NCBI GenBank assembly: GCA_009692425.1
Contig: SHZF01000004.1
Coordinates: forward strand, 10,175 to 74,174
DNA length: 64,000 nt
Direction of reading: 5' to 3'
Source: Myxococcales bacterium
GTDB lineage: Bacteria > Myxococcota_A > UBA9042
Part shown: positions 46,304-55,968 of the stretch, piece by piece
Layout: each line of letters begins with the position of its first letter
Position numbering within the stretch: position 1 is the stretch's first letter
The notes under the pieces: generated by a model
Told to the model about the DNA's origin: nothing
Databases searched by the model: none
What the model saw: the letters and a program-made list of their open reading frames with translations, nothing else
Translations under genes and position numbers: made by a program

Positions 46304-48283
46304 TTGCTCACTTTCGGTATCGCAGGCCACGTCGATCACGGCAAGACCTCGCTGGTGCGGGCCTTGACCGGCATCGAAACTGACCGCCTGCCCGAGGAGC
46401 GCCGGCGCGGCATCAGCATCGAACTCGGCTTTGCGTTCTTCGACGCGCCCCTGCCCCAAGGTGGGGTCGAGCGCGTCGGCATCGTCGACATGCCGGGGCA
46501 CGAGCGCTTCGTGCGGCGCATGATCGCGGGCGCCGCCGGGATCGATGCGGTGCTCTTGGTCGTGGCCGCGGACGAAGGCGCCATGCCTCAGGGCCGCGAG
46601 CACCTGTCCATCTGCCGCCTGTTGGGGCTGCGCCACGGCGCCGTCGTGCTGACGAAGACGGACCTCGTCGATGCGGACATGATCGAACTGGCGCGCGACG
46701 ACGCGGCCGAACTGGTGGCCGGCACGTTCCTGGGTTCGGCGCCGGTGTTCGCCTGTTCCGTGAGACAGGACGAATCGATCGAGGCGTTGCGCCGCGATCT
46801 GGGCGGCTTCGTCCAGCGCCTGCGCGACGGGGAAGCGACGCGCCTCGACGGGTTGCGGTCGCGCCCGTTTCGGCTGGCCGTCGATCGCAGCTTCACGGTG
46901 GCGGGCCGCGGCACCGTCGTGGCCGGCACGCAAGCAACGGGGCAACTGCGCGCCGAAGATCAAGTCGAAGTGCTGCCCCAGGGCGCGATCTGGCGCGTTC
47001 GCGGCCTCGAGCGCCACGGCGCACTGGTGGACCTTGCCGAAGCGCCCGGACGCCTTGCGGTCAACCTGGCCGCCGCCGCCGTGGCCGACGTGCCGGTGGG
47101 CGCGGTCCTGGCGCGGCCAGGCAGCTTGACCGTCACCGATCGGTTTGATGCGAGGCTGTCCCTGCTGCCGCACGCGGAAGCCGCGCTGCCCGTGCGCAAG
47201 CGCGCGACCGTGCACCTCGGCACGACGCAGATCGAGGCGACCTTGGTGCAACTCTCCAACCAGCCGCAGGCGCCGGGGACCGAAGCGTACGTCCAGGTCC
47301 GGCTCGACGCCCGAACGGCGGTGGCGGCGGACGAAGGCTTCGTGGTGCGCGGCAGCCATGCCGACGCGCGCCACGGTCAGACGTTTGCTGGCGGCCGCGT
47401 GCTGCACCCCGCACCGCGCCGGCATCGATTGGGCGACGAGAGCGTGCTGGCGGCACTCGAAGCGATCGCGAGCGCAGGACCCGAAGCAGCCTTGGGTGCC
47501 CTCGTCGGGCTCGCGGGTGTGCGCGGCATGGCCGACGCCGAAACGGAACGTGCCTCGGCGCTGGCGCCGGTCCAGGTGCACAAGGTTGCCAAGGCGCTGC
47601 TCGCAACGGGCCGCCTGCGCCGGGTCGGCTCACCGCCGCGCTGGTACAGTCCGGCCGCATTCGCGGAACTCGAGGGCAAGGTGATCGACGCGGCGACGCG
47701 CTTTCACGCCCAGTTCGCCGCGCGGCCGGGCCCGGAGCCAGACAGCCTGCACCCGGCCGTCGGTGCCTGGCTCGACGCGAGCGCGACGAGTGCTTTGGTG
47801 CAGGGTCTGCTGCGGCGCGGCACGCTTGTGGCGCGCGGGTCGGCGGTGGCGTTGCCTGGATTCGAGCCCACGGCGACCGCACGGCCCGAACTGGTGGATG
47901 CCCTCGTGCGGCGACTCGACGCCCAAGGCCTCGCCGTCGAGAGCCCAGTTGAGTTGTCCATCGGGCTCGCTGCCGACGTCCGCGACGTGCTCGCTGCGTT
48001 GGCTGCGGCGACGGCTGACGGGCGCCTGCTGCGCGTAGCCCAAGACATGCACGTGGCGACCGCGCGTGCACGGTCGGCGGCCGACAGCGTGATCGCGGCC
48101 TTTGCTGCCCGCGACAATTTCGCCACCGGCGAGTTGAAGGACTTGCTCGGCCTTACGCGCAAACACCTGATTCCATTTGCAGAATGGCTCGATCAGGCCA
48201 AGATCACGGTGCGCGATCCGGCGGGCAATCGGCGGATTCGCGAACGGGCGCTGCAGGCGTGGCGCGAGCGACAGGTGCCGTAG
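46304..48283 (+). CDS. selB: Selenocysteine-specific elongation factor
   Basis: GHVDHGKTSLV.ALTG..TDRLPEE.RRGISIELGF, DMPGHERF, TKTD, DRSF...GRGTVV, C-terminal TRKHLIPFAEWLD; TTG after AGAGGA. Confidence 0.93.
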   Translation: MLTFGIAGHVDHGKTSLVRALTGIETDRLPEERRRGISIELGFAFFDAPLPQGGVERVGIVDMPGHERFVRRMIAGAAGIDAVLLVVAADEGAMPQGREHLSICRLLGLRHGAVVLTKTDLVDADMIELARDDAAELVAGTFLGSAPVFACSVRQDESIEALRRDLGGFVQRLRDGEATRLDGLRSRPFRLAVDRSFTVAGRGTVVAGTQATGQLRAEDQVEVLPQGAIWRVRGLERHGALVDLAEAPGRLAVNLAAAAVADVPVGAVLARPGSLTVTDRFDARLSLLPHAEAALPVRKRATVHLGTTQIEATLVQLSNQPQAPGTEAYVQVRLDARTAVAADEGFVVRGSHADARHGQTFAGGRVLHPAPRRHRLGDESVLAALEAIASAGPEAALGALVGLAGVRGMADAETERASALAPVQVHKVAKALLATGRLRRVGSPPRWYSPAAFAELEGKVIDAATRFHAQFAARPGPEPDSLHPAVGAWLDASATSALVQGLLRRGTLVARGSAVALPGFEPTATARPELVDALVRRLDAQGLAVESPVELSIGLAADVRDVLAALAAATADGRLLRVAQDMHVATARARSAADSVIAAFAARDNFATGELKDLLGLTRKHLIPFAEWLDQAKITVRDPAGNRRIRERALQAWRERQVP

Positions 48284-48299
48284 CGTCGGCTGGGCGAGG

Positions 48300-48767
48300 T
48301 CAGAGCGGGCCGGGCACTGCAGGCTTGCCCTTTGCCTTCAATCCCTTGTCCGACCCTGCGCCCGCTGTTTTTTCCGGCGCGTCGCCCGCGTCGGCCCCGG
48401 ACAGCGGCAAACTGGGCTCGCCGGGCGCGGGACTGGCGCCGTAGGGCACCGGCGTCCAATCCTGCCAGCGCTCGTTCAGGCGCAGCCTCATGCGCGTCGG
48501 CGCATAGCCACGATGTTCCAACTGGTTGACGAAGCGCTGCAACAGGTTGTCGAAGTCCGGTGCCTCGCGGATGATGAACTGGATCACCAGGTGAAACGGG
48601 TCAGAGCACTGGGTTTCAGCGAACAATTTCTTGCGCTTGCGCTCCTCCTTCTCGAAGACCGTGACCTGAAAGATGAGGTCGCGGCCGAGTTTGGAGGCTT
48701 CCAACTGAAAGCGGGTGTGCTCAGTGATCACGGCCGGGATTGTGGCGAGCTGGCGCGTCTGGGTCAA
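48300..48767 (-). CDS. Hypothetical protein
   Basis: Normal amino-acid composition, fills gap; TTG start uncertain. Confidence 0.65.
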   Translation of the reverse strand: MTQTRQLATIPAVITEHTRFQLEASKLGRDLIFQVTVFEKEERKRKKLFAETQCSDPFHLVIQFIIREAPDFDNLLQRFVNQLEHRGYAPTRMRLRLNERWQDWTPVPYGASPAPGEPSLPLSGADAGDAPEKTAGAGSDKGLKAKGKPAVPGPL

Positions 48768-48823
48768 GGGCCCAATGCCCCCGGATCCGCCACCGACTCC
48801 CTTCGCCGGCCGCCCGTCGCCCG

Positions 48824-49795
48824 CTACGGCGTCGGCGCCTTGCCCGCCCGTTCCTCCGCGTACAGGAACGCCGACACGCCCGAAAACGCCAGCGCCGCCG
48901 AAATCTGCGTGCAGTTGCCCTTGGCGTCCGGCGCGAGGTCGCCCATCCCATCGACGAGCACCGACACCATCTCGATGATGCTCGGCTGGTCCTTGGCGCC
49001 GGTCAGCGCGATCTTCTCGATGCTCGAAAACGTGATGCCGCCTCCGAAAAGACCCGCCTCGATGCGGCGCTCGTCGATGAGCCTTGCCCGCACCCGCGCC
49101 GCGCGCACCTCGAGCACGTAGAGATTGCCGAACACGGACACCGGTACATCGACGTCGAAGGGCCCTGCGTCGAGCGTCCCGCCCTTGACGACCGCTGGCG
49201 CCGCGACCTTCTCCGGCGAATCGGACCGCAGGTGAAAGGTCTGACCGCTCAGCAGCTTCTTGTCCGTGCCGAGCAGGGGCATGCCCTGGCCGGCGCGCAG
49301 CGTCACCTTGACGTCGGTGTCGTCGACGAACGAGTCCAGGCCATCGACCTGCAACATGAGCAGCACACCGCCGTTGTCGATGCTCGCCTGCAGCAACCCC
49401 TCGAACGCCTGCAACCCCGACTTCTCGATCACCGGAACGAGCAAGGCAAACTGGTTGTCGATGCCCGGCTGGCCGTCGGGCGCGGTGAAGTCACCCTTGC
49501 CGCAGGACGCGGCGTCACCGTCGGGCGTGACTTTGCCGTCAACGTCGAAGCCGGGCGCCTTGCCGTCTTTCTGGACGCGCGTGAACGTCACGGAGTCGAA
49601 GACGTACAGGCGCCGGGTCACCACCTTCGCCGCAGCCGCAGCGTCGGTCTTGGCTCCCGCGTCGGCGGGAACGCCACCTGTGTCGGCGGTTTGCGGCGAC
49701 GCGGCGGGAGCCGTGCCACAAGCCGTCGTGACGGTCGCCAGCACGAAGGCGACCTCCAGCGACCGGGTGCGAAGTACCTGGCATGGCTCCCGCAT
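48824..49795 (-). CDS. Hypothetical lipoprotein associated with DUF1552/DUF1592 locus
   Basis: TTAC lipobox, GFDVDG, CG..D...PDG..GIDNQF; GGAG RBS. Confidence 0.75.
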   Translation of the reverse strand: MREPCQVLRTRSLEVAFVLATVTTACGTAPAASPQTADTGGVPADAGAKTDAAAAAKVVTRRLYVFDSVTFTRVQKDGKAPGFDVDGKVTPDGDAASCGKGDFTAPDGQPGIDNQFALLVPVIEKSGLQAFEGLLQASIDNGGVLLMLQVDGLDSFVDDTDVKVTLRAGQGMPLLGTDKKLLSGQTFHLRSDSPEKVAAPAVVKGGTLDAGPFDVDVPVSVFGNLYVLEVRAARVRARLIDERRIEAGLFGGGITFSSIEKIALTGAKDQPSIIEMVSVLVDGMGDLAPDAKGNCTQISAALAFSGVSAFLYAEERAGKAPTP

Positions 49796-49869
49796 GGTCT
49801 TCTCCCATTCGCTCGCCGCGAGCCCTCGATCCGATTCGGCGGGCTTTGGTATCAGAGGACTCCCGGCGC

Positions 49870-51192
49870 TCAGGCTTCAATCGCCCCGAGGCCGTCCTTC
49901 GTTTGCGCGTCATCGACCCCGAACGAGGCAAGGTCGAGACCGACGGCACGACAGATCGACAGCAGCACCTTCGACGTGTTCTCGCTGGCCGGGCTGCGGT
50001 AGTGCACGTTCGTCTTCAGCTTGCCGCCCGCCGACCCCGCCAGCACGAGCGGGAACTCCTCGAGCGAATGGACCTTGCCGAAGCTCACGTCCGACGTGCC
50101 GAGCACGACCATGTGGTCGAGCAGCGTGCCGGCGCCCTCCTGGACAGCCGCGAGCGCTTCGAGTTGCGCCGCCAGCGCCGCGATGCAGTGCAGCGTGATC
50201 GCGTGGACCTCCGGCTGCGGATTGCCCTCGTTATGTGTGAGTTCATGATGACCAGTCGAAGCACCTGGAAACAGGACATTGTTGACGGGCGCCGTGAACC
50301 AGTTCGAGAACACGCGGACCTGATCGCACGCCAGCGCATAGGCGCTGATCTCCGCGAACGCCTTGTTCTTTTCGGCCAGTTGCGGCCGCCCCGCAACGTC
50401 GGGAAAGTCGGCCGGGGGTGTCGCCGGCACCTTGCACGCGTCGAGCTTGGGTGGCGACTCCTGCAGGCGGGCGAGCCGATTTTCGAGCGCACGCACGCCT
50501 TCGAAGTGCTGGTCGAGCCGCTTCTGGTCCGCGGCGCCAACCTGGGCACGGATCGCCTGCATCTGTTGGCCGACTGCGTCGAGCACGCTGCGGCGCAAGG
50601 CGAGCGTCGGGTCGATCTTGGGGGTGTCGCCGGGCTTCGTGAACCCCTGAACGAAGACGCGCTGGTAGAGGGCGAAGGGAGACGATTCCGGCGGGTTGCG
50701 GCTGTTCGGTCCGTTCCACGAGTGGCCGTCGCCGGGCTTGGCGCCGAATTCGAGCGAGCGGAAGCGCGTATCGGCTCCCAGCTTCGCCGCGATCAACTGG
50801 TCAAGGCTCGGCCCGGCAAATGAGTGGTTGCTGCCCTGGACGATCAAGGGCCGCCCCGACAGGACGCCGGCGGCTCCCGACGTGTGGGGCACGTCGTTGG
50901 GCACGCCGAGCTTGGTGCCCGTGATCACGGCGAGGCGGTTCTTGAAGGGGGCCAGCGCCTGCAACTGGTCGGAGAGTTCCCAGTCGGCCTGGCTGGCCTT
51001 CGGTGTCCAGCGTTCGGGCAGCATGCCGTTGCCCCAGAAGAACAGGCCGAAGCGGCGCGGAAACCCGTCGTCGCCTCCGGCCGCGTATGCCGTGCCGTGC
51101 GCGTTGAGAAAGCGCTCCAGCGGCGGCAGGCCGACTGCGACCACGGCACCGCCGAGGAGGCCCTTGAGCAACGTGCGGCGGTGCAGGCTCAT
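49870..51192 (-). CDS. DUF1552 family protein (Tat signal)
   Basis: MSLHRRTLLKG..LPPLE, SLDQLIA, RRSVLDAV, HHELTH; ATGA overlap with upstream gene. Confidence 0.88.
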   Translation of the reverse strand: MSLHRRTLLKGLLGGAVVAVGLPPLERFLNAHGTAYAAGGDDGFPRRFGLFFWGNGMLPERWTPKASQADWELSDQLQALAPFKNRLAVITGTKLGVPNDVPHTSGAAGVLSGRPLIVQGSNHSFAGPSLDQLIAAKLGADTRFRSLEFGAKPGDGHSWNGPNSRNPPESSPFALYQRVFVQGFTKPGDTPKIDPTLALRRSVLDAVGQQMQAIRAQVGAADQKRLDQHFEGVRALENRLARLQESPPKLDACKVPATPPADFPDVAGRPQLAEKNKAFAEISAYALACDQVRVFSNWFTAPVNNVLFPGASTGHHELTHNEGNPQPEVHAITLHCIAALAAQLEALAAVQEGAGTLLDHMVVLGTSDVSFGKVHSLEEFPLVLAGSAGGKLKTNVHYRSPASENTSKVLLSICRAVGLDLASFGVDDAQTKDGLGAIEA

Positions 51193-52862
51193 GGGGTGGC
51201 TCCCGTCGGTGCCCCAGCGCCCACGCGCCGAAAGCCATCGGAGCGAGCGACGGCCCGCATCAACCCACGCAACCGCATTCCGCCAGACGCGAACGTGTCG
51301 GAGAGGCGGTCGATTTCGCCCGCTTCCCCGTCGGTCACAGGCCGGGCGACGGCAAACGCGTACAAGCGCTGCACCACGCAACGGCGGAACTTCGGGGACT
51401 GCGCGATCACCGCGCCCAGCGACGCGAGATCGGCAAAGGTGGCGCCGTCGAGCCGCCCCGACGTGTCGACCGGCGTGCCGGCATCCGTCGCGCGCCAGCG
51501 GCCGATGCCGTCGAAGCGTTCGAAGGCAAAGCCGATCGGGTCGAGGTACTTGTGGCACGAGGCACACGACTTGACGGCCATGTGGGCCTGCAGTCGCTCG
51601 CGCATGGTCTTTGCGGTCGTCGATGGTTCTGGCAGGGCGGTGTTCAGGCCTGCTGGCGGATTCGGCACGATGTCGCACAGCAGGTGCTTGCGTACGTACA
51701 TGCCGCGCAGGGTCGGTGAGGTCGAGATCGGGTGTGACGCGAGCGCGAGAAACGCCACCGTACCGAGCAACCCGCGCCGCTCCGGATGGACGGTGAGTGC
51801 GATGTCGGCAAAACCGGTGTCGGCCACGGCGGGTTCTTCATAGATCGCGGCAAGGCGGCGGTCGACGAAAGCGTGGTCCGAGGTCAGCAACTGGCGCAGG
51901 TCTCCGTCTTGATCGAGCGCGATATGCTCCACGCGGCGCAGCACCTCTTCGCGGGCGGACGCGCCGAGATCGGGGCTGAAGTGCTTGTAGACCTTGGGGT
52001 CCTTGTTAAGCGCGCCGAGTTCGTGGAGTTGCAGCCACTCGAGCGCAAACTGGCGCACGCCGCGGCGGGCCTTGGGGGCGGCGAGCAGGCGGTCGACTTC
52101 GGCCGCCCATGCTTGGGCGTCGTCGAGCTTGCCGGCCGCGGCAGCATCGAGCAGTGCGTCGTCGGGCGGCCCGTTCCAGACAAAAAACGCCAGCCGACCG
52201 GCGCGTTCGAGGCCGGTCAGCCGGCGCCCACCCTGGACCGACGGGTCCGGCTCACCGCGCTCGACGCGATACAAGAACGCGGGCGCCTGCAGCAGCGGGA
52301 CTAGCGCCCACTGGACGGCGTGCGCCACGGTGCCGAGCGCCTTGCCGGCGGCCAGCGCGGTCTGCACGATCGCGGCCGTCTCCGCCCCCGTCAGCGGCCG
52401 TCGCCACAGCCGCCGGCCGACCTTGGCCACGAACGCGCCGAGACACGTCGCGTCCTCGGGTCCGATCGGCGTACACGGCAGCAGGGCTTGCAGCCGCGCG
52501 GGCTCCGCGGCGACCTGGGCGGCCAGGCTGCGGGCGGCGTCTTCGTAAAGTTCGACGCCGCGTGGACTGACCTGCGCCACGGACGCACCGACCGCGAGCA
52601 GTTCGTCGTAGGGCGGGTCGGGCTCAAGCTGCGGCGGCAACGTGAGCCCGCCACCGAGCACATCGACAACCGTGTTGTCGAAGTGGGCGCGCGTCAACCG
52701 GGGCAGGGCCGGCGGCGCGGGCACGAGCACCGGATAGGCTTCAGCGACCCCGGCAGGTTCTGCCGCAGGGTCGCTGCACGCGCAGGCGATCGCCGCCCAC
52801 ACGGCGAGACAGGCACCGCTGATCGCGTCTGCAGCACGGGTGGACCGAACGGGAACAGCCAC
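51189..52862 (-). CDS. DUF1592/DUF1588/DUF1585-type protein with CxxCH
   Basis: RLTR..F.NTV.D, RLWRRPL, P.FLYR.E, PDD.LL.AA, TSPTLRG, CASCH..LDPIGF.FE.FD.IGRWR. Confidence 0.88.
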   Translation of the reverse strand: MAVPVRSTRAADAISGACLAVWAAIACACSDPAAEPAGVAEAYPVLVPAPPALPRLTRAHFDNTVVDVLGGGLTLPPQLEPDPPYDELLAVGASVAQVSPRGVELYEDAARSLAAQVAAEPARLQALLPCTPIGPEDATCLGAFVAKVGRRLWRRPLTGAETAAIVQTALAAGKALGTVAHAVQWALVPLLQAPAFLYRVERGEPDPSVQGGRRLTGLERAGRLAFFVWNGPPDDALLDAAAAGKLDDAQAWAAEVDRLLAAPKARRGVRQFALEWLQLHELGALNKDPKVYKHFSPDLGASAREEVLRRVEHIALDQDGDLRQLLTSDHAFVDRRLAAIYEEPAVADTGFADIALTVHPERRGLLGTVAFLALASHPISTSPTLRGMYVRKHLLCDIVPNPPAGLNTALPEPSTTAKTMRERLQAHMAVKSCASCHKYLDPIGFAFERFDGIGRWRATDAGTPVDTSGRLDGATFADLASLGAVIAQSPKFRRCVVQRLYAFAVARPVTDGEAGEIDRLSDTFASGGMRLRGLMRAVARSDGFRRVGAGAPTGATP

Positions 52863-52942
52863 GGACGACCTGTGCGCCCGGCACCGGCGGCGCGCACCGA
52901 GGTGTACCTTGGCGGAGCGAGGCGATCAAGCTGAGTCGCCTA

Positions 52943-53094
52943 CCCCGATCCACCACCGACTCCCATCCCCGGCCGCCGAATTCGGATGCAGATCAAGGCG
53001 GAGCTAGGAAGCAGCGTGAAGACGTAGACCCGGTACTTCGAACGCCAATTCCGCAGCGGCAACGCAGAGCTGCACCGAAGGCGGCGGATCTGGG
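52943..53094. repeat. About 150-bp structured dispersed element, copy B
   Basis: Homologous to reverse complement of 5934-6083; rod-like stems ttcggatgcag/ctgcaccgaa, gccgcc/ggcggc, gcgt/acgc. Confidence 0.75.
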
Positions 53095-53095
53095 C

Positions 53096-54178
53096 CTAGT
53101 GCAGCGTCTCCTCGCCGCTTCCTTGCGCTGCGCCGAGGTGGGCGGCCGGCTCCAGCCGGTCGAAGTACAGGGCGACCCCGGCCTCGTGCAGGAGCGCCAT
53201 GGCCGACAGCGACGCGTCGCGCTCGCGCACGCCGTCGACCACGTTCTCCGCGATCTCGCGGCGGACGGCCGGATCGTCGAGCGTGGCCCTGCGGGCAGGA
53301 GTCAGGCGGTCGAGGCGCGGCACGTGCCAGCCAAACGGCGTGCGGATCGGCACGGCGGCGAGGGTGCCGGGCTGCAGCGCCACGACTGCCAACGCATACG
53401 GCTTGACCATGAGGTCGTAGCCCTTCTGCCGCTCGTAGGGCTTGGACGGGTCATAGTAGAAATCGACGTGGGCGCCCGTGCAATTGGGGAAGGCATCGGC
53501 CCACGACGCCAGCCGTGCCGTCATCTCGAGGCCCGTCGCGGGCGGGTCGATTGCCAGGCGCTGGGCGAGGCGCTCCGCCTGCGGCTCCAGCTTGTCGATG
53601 CAGGCACGCACGTCTTCCCGCGCTTCGCACTCGCGCGCATCGCCTTGGCAGCACAGACACTGTGCCTCGGTCGTGCCGTACGCGGCCACGTGCGAGAACT
53701 TCTCATGCACCGCGGGCTGCCTGAACGCATAGGTGAGGTCCGCGAGCGAGATCTGGTCCGGGCCGAAGCGCTCCTCGTGGCTACGGCGCAGCAGGCGCGC
53801 GACCATGGCCTGGGCGTGCAGGTGGGCCAGTTCGTGGTTCCAGCCCCCGGCAGCGTGCGCGGCCGCAGCGAGCAGTTCGGCGTCGACAAGTGCCTGCAAG
53901 GTGGCGCGCACCGGCGTGCCAGCGGCCATGTGGCGTTGGGTGGCGCGGAGTTGGCGCCCGGTGATGGTGACGCCGTCCACGCACGCGACCAAGTCAGGTG
54001 CCACAACGCCGGGCTTGCAGGCGCCCACGGCCCAAGGGCGGTGGGGGTGCCCGGCTGCAGGCAACTGCGGCGGCGCAACGGTCAGGGAGGGGCGCTCGGC
54101 CACGGGCGCAGGGGCGGCGCACCCAATCACGCCGCAGGCAATCGTGCAGGCCAAGGTTGCGGTCGCGAAGGCATTCAT
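53096..54178 (-). CDS. PpiC/SurA-like peptidylprolyl isomerase lipoprotein (divergent)
   Basis: VIGC lipobox, VACVDG..IT, LQALVDAELL, L.PG....PIRTPFGWHV. Confidence 0.65.
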   Translation of the reverse strand: MNAFATATLACTIACGVIGCAAPAPVAERPSLTVAPPQLPAAGHPHRPWAVGACKPGVVAPDLVACVDGVTITGRQLRATQRHMAAGTPVRATLQALVDAELLAAAAHAAGGWNHELAHLHAQAMVARLLRRSHEERFGPDQISLADLTYAFRQPAVHEKFSHVAAYGTTEAQCLCCQGDARECEAREDVRACIDKLEPQAERLAQRLAIDPPATGLEMTARLASWADAFPNCTGAHVDFYYDPSKPYERQKGYDLMVKPYALAVVALQPGTLAAVPIRTPFGWHVPRLDRLTPARRATLDDPAVRREIAENVVDGVRERDASLSAMALLHEAGVALYFDRLEPAAHLGAAQGSGEETLH

Positions 54179-54381
54179 GCAGAGGGGTTCCGTGGCGGCG
54201 TGGCCGCATCGACGAGATCCACGCCGCTGCGCGCGGCAACCCAAGTCAAGCCGCCCAGCAGCGTGCCGGCGAGGTAATCGTGGATGGCGATCGCATCGAG
54301 CGCGAGCGCGAGCGGCCACAAAGACGCCAAGGCCAGGCCCAGCCCGACGAACCGCACGCCCCACGCGCTGGCCGATGTCAT
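54175..54381 (-). CDS. Small membrane protein (68 aa)
   Basis: Two hydrophobic segments; stop overlaps next ATG. Confidence 0.55.
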   Translation of the reverse strand: MTSASAWGVRFVGLGLALASLWPLALALDAIAIHDYLAGTLLGGLTWVAARSGVDLVDAATPPRNPSA

Positions 54382-54397
54382 CGCGCACCCCGCCCGC

Positions 54398-55105
54398 TCA
54401 TTGAACCCGCCACAGCCACAGCAGTCCACCGCACAGCCCGACCCACGCCACGCGCCGACCGACCCGCAGCGGCCACGTCTCGGCACCCCCGGCCGCGCGG
54501 CGCACGTGGGTGTCGGGCCGCAACGGTACCCTGCGCACGGCTAACCAACACAACGCGGCGGCAGCAACGCGCACTGCGCGGGCCCCTTCGTCGGCGGCAG
54601 CCAGCGCTACACCGAACCAGGCGATCCCCATGAATAGCGCAGCGAGCGCCCACGTCAACCCTGCCGGCGCAGCGTCGAGCAGCAGCCGTGAGGGCCGCGG
54701 CAGCATGCTCCACAACGAGGTCTGCGGCCGCTCCACGCGCCAGCACGCGGCGATCAAGCCAAGCGCCAGTGCCGCGTGCAGCAGGCCTTGCGTGGCCCCG
54801 AGCGCGCGCGGCCCGACGAGGATCGGGCAGGCGACGAGAAGCGGCAGCGGACCACACAGGCCTGCGCCGAGCACCGCCAACGCCTCGCCGCTGAGCGCCG
54901 TGGCTCCGAGCAGCACCGGTCCAGCCGCGAGTAGCAGGCCGACGGCAGGTCGATCGAGGCCGTCGTCGGGCCACAGGAACGCATAGGGCACCGCGGCGAC
55001 CGCAGCCCACAGCACGCCCGCCCACGCGAGCGGCCGGGCGAGTCGGCGCACCCGACCGATCAGGATGCGGGCGTGCTTGAGGATCGGTCGCGTCCCGGGC
55101 AGCAT
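54398..55105 (-). CDS. Multi-pass membrane protein
   Basis: 6-7 hydrophobic segments; start uncertain. Confidence 0.6.
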   Translation of the reverse strand: MLPGTRPILKHARILIGRVRRLARPLAWAGVLWAAVAAVPYAFLWPDDGLDRPAVGLLLAAGPVLLGATALSGEALAVLGAGLCGPLPLLVACPILVGPRALGATQGLLHAALALGLIAACWRVERPQTSLWSMLPRPSRLLLDAAPAGLTWALAALFMGIAWFGVALAAADEGARAVRVAAAALCWLAVRRVPLRPDTHVRRAAGGAETWPLRVGRRVAWVGLCGGLLWLWRVQ

Positions 55106-55113
55106 GGAGCGGC

Positions 55114-55851
55114 ATGATAGCGCGCTCCACCCCAACCGGAACCCCTGTTGCCCCGCACGCGCCGTGCGGTGGTCAAGGTGGTGCCGCAGCGGGCAGGCGC
55201 GGGGCACGCAACCGACACTCGCGCTGGCTTGCTGCGGCCAGTGCCGCCGTGCTGCTCGGTAGCTTTCCCGTGGCCGTCCACGGACGCGACATGACGGGCA
55301 AGGGGGGCCTCGGGCTGCTGTGGAGCCAGGGCTCGGTGCCGGTGATGACCCTGCGCTACTGGCGGACCGACTTCGCGATCGAGGCCCTGGCGGGCATGGA
55401 ACGCCACATCGAGGCGCCCAGCCCGCCCCCGCTGGGCTCCGCGGCGACCGTGATCGAACCGGCGGCCACGGCGGTGCGCGTGGCGCTGGGCGCCCTGTAC
55501 CGCATCGGCGACCAGCCGCACACGTCCCTGCTGATCGGGGCGCGTCCGTGGGTCCACATCACTTACGAAACCAAGGTCGTGCGCCGCTATGATGCCAACG
55601 GCAGCAGCACGACGGATGCGCAAACGGGCGAATCGACGCCGGTGCACTTCGGCGTGGACCTGCCGCTCGTCGCAGAGTTGTTTCTCAACGATCACTTTGG
55701 CCTGCTGGGAAGCGTCGCGCTGAGCGTGCGCTTTGGTGCTCCGACGGAAGCGGCACCGCGCCAACTCGCCAGCCGCGCCGGCGGGGGTTCGTGGCTCGTC
55801 GAACTCGGCGGGGGCTGGGCCGGTGGGCTGGGTGCCGTGTTCTATTTCTGA
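55114..55851 (+). CDS. Outer-membrane beta-barrel-like protein
   Basis: Signal peptide then RDMTGKGGLG, amphipathic strands, C-terminal VFYF; start uncertain. Confidence 0.65.
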   Translation: MIARSTPTGTPVAPHAPCGGQGGAAAGRRGARNRHSRWLAAASAAVLLGSFPVAVHGRDMTGKGGLGLLWSQGSVPVMTLRYWRTDFAIEALAGMERHIEAPSPPPLGSAATVIEPAATAVRVALGALYRIGDQPHTSLLIGARPWVHITYETKVVRRYDANGSSTTDAQTGESTPVHFGVDLPLVAELFLNDHFGLLGSVALSVRFGAPTEAAPRQLASRAGGGSWLVELGGGWAGGLGAVFYF

Positions 55852-55908
55852 CGAGCCCTGCTCGGCTTCTATTTCTGACGAGCCCGGCGCAGCCGGTTCT
55901 GACGGGGC
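55840..55908. repeat. Exact 19-bp direct repeat spanning a stop codon
   Basis: ttctatttctgacgagccc at 55840 and 55867, partial third copy at 55897. Confidence 0.8.
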
Positions 55909-55968
55909 TCTTTGTGATGGGCCCTGTGCTGCTGACCTCGTCCGTTGCCCGACCCGGAACGGTTCCCC

